The notes below the pieces were generated by a model. The model was given only the letters and a program-made list of their open reading frames with translations. It was not told the origin of the DNA and did not search any database. From positions 1-56,926 of the forward strand of contig JBGQKH010000001.1 in NCBI GenBank assembly GCA_041499395.1: a DNA stretch of 56,926 nucleotides, written 5' to 3'. Each line of letters starts with the position of its first letter. Position 1 is the stretch's first letter. The stretch is from Candidatus Limnocylindria bacterium (GTDB lineage Bacteria; Chloroflexota; Limnocylindria; QHBO01). Of this stretch, positions 56,804 through 56,926 are shown piece after piece. Made by a program: the position numbers and the translations under genes.

Positions 56804-56926
56804 CTAGGAGCCGGGCGCCGGCAATGGGCTGCTGATCACGCTCGATCCCTCGCCGTCGCGCGGCGGCCCGAGCGCGGCCTGCGTGAACCGCGCCGATGCG
56901 TTCCAGATCATCCAGCCCTGGGCCCC
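56804..56926 (-). CDS. 3' end of an unidentified gene (5' part outside the window)
   Basis: Frame is open from the window edge to TAG 56806-56804 (..WMIWNASARFTQAALGPPRDGEGSSVISSPLPAPGS). Too short to assign a family. Confidence 0.3.
   Translation of the reverse strand, partial: GAQGWMIWNASARFTQAALGPPRDGEGSSVISSPLPAPGS

Noticed and set aside
1-56926. Mobile elements, prophage, toxin-antitoxin, defence islands, CRISPR, rRNA/tRNA genes
   Set aside because: I looked for transposase or integrase-like ORFs, terminal inverted repeats, composition breaks and spacer arrays. None were found. Every sizeable ORF that I accept is a housekeeping gene with host-like composition.

Overview
GC-rich (about 70% by eye, not computed) chromosomal core region with about 60 protein-coding genes. 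I see no rRNA, tRNA, CRISPR array or mobile element. The first 10 kb is mostly plus-strand: the 3' part of recA, recX, an F420-type LLM oxidoreductase, rny-ymdB-miaA, hflX and a PLP dehydratase, plus one convergent GGDEF-EAL gene. From 10.3 kb to 56 kb almost everything is on the minus strand in long, tightly packed operons, with 13 ATGA/GTGA 4-nt overlaps. Gene order mirrors the classical Bacillus/actinobacterial housekeeping clusters. One block is recG-rsmD-coaD-(SepIVA-like)-yceD-rpmF-plsX-(nusB-like)-acpP-rnc-smc-ftsY-ffh-(DUF3352-like)-rpsP-KH-rimM-trmD-rplS-rnhB-yraN. The other is rpsB-tsf-pyrH-frr-uppS-cdsA-dxr-rseP-nusA-ylxR-infB-rbfA-nrnA-truB-ribF-rpsO-pnp-udg-rnj-ftsK-rodZ-like-yajQ-cinA-murC. 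Most of the window is ordinary. The stand-out is pnp: a complete PNPase (PH1, PH2, KH, S1) whose alpha-helical linker is split by an in-frame ~165-aa DnaQ/epsilon-type DEDDh 3'-5' exonuclease domain with all catalytic motifs. I do not recognise this architecture as described. Secondary observations follow. (a) Three, possibly four, genes (uppS, nusB-like, SepIVA-like, possibly rimM) have conserved N-terminal homology that runs upstream of any ATG/GTG/TTG, which implies near-cognate (CTG/ACG) initiation or reinitiation. (b) A recurring extended -10 element (TGCTATACT and variants) marks internal promoters, one of them embedded in the nusB-like coding sequence. (c) The nusA leader has a promoter followed by a textbook intrinsic terminator, and rimP is missing. 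(d) The rplS, rpsB and pnp leaders are structured. (e) A large DUF3352-like membrane protein sits inside the ffh-rpsP cluster. The many long ORFs antisense to these genes are GC-rich shadow ORFs and were rejected.
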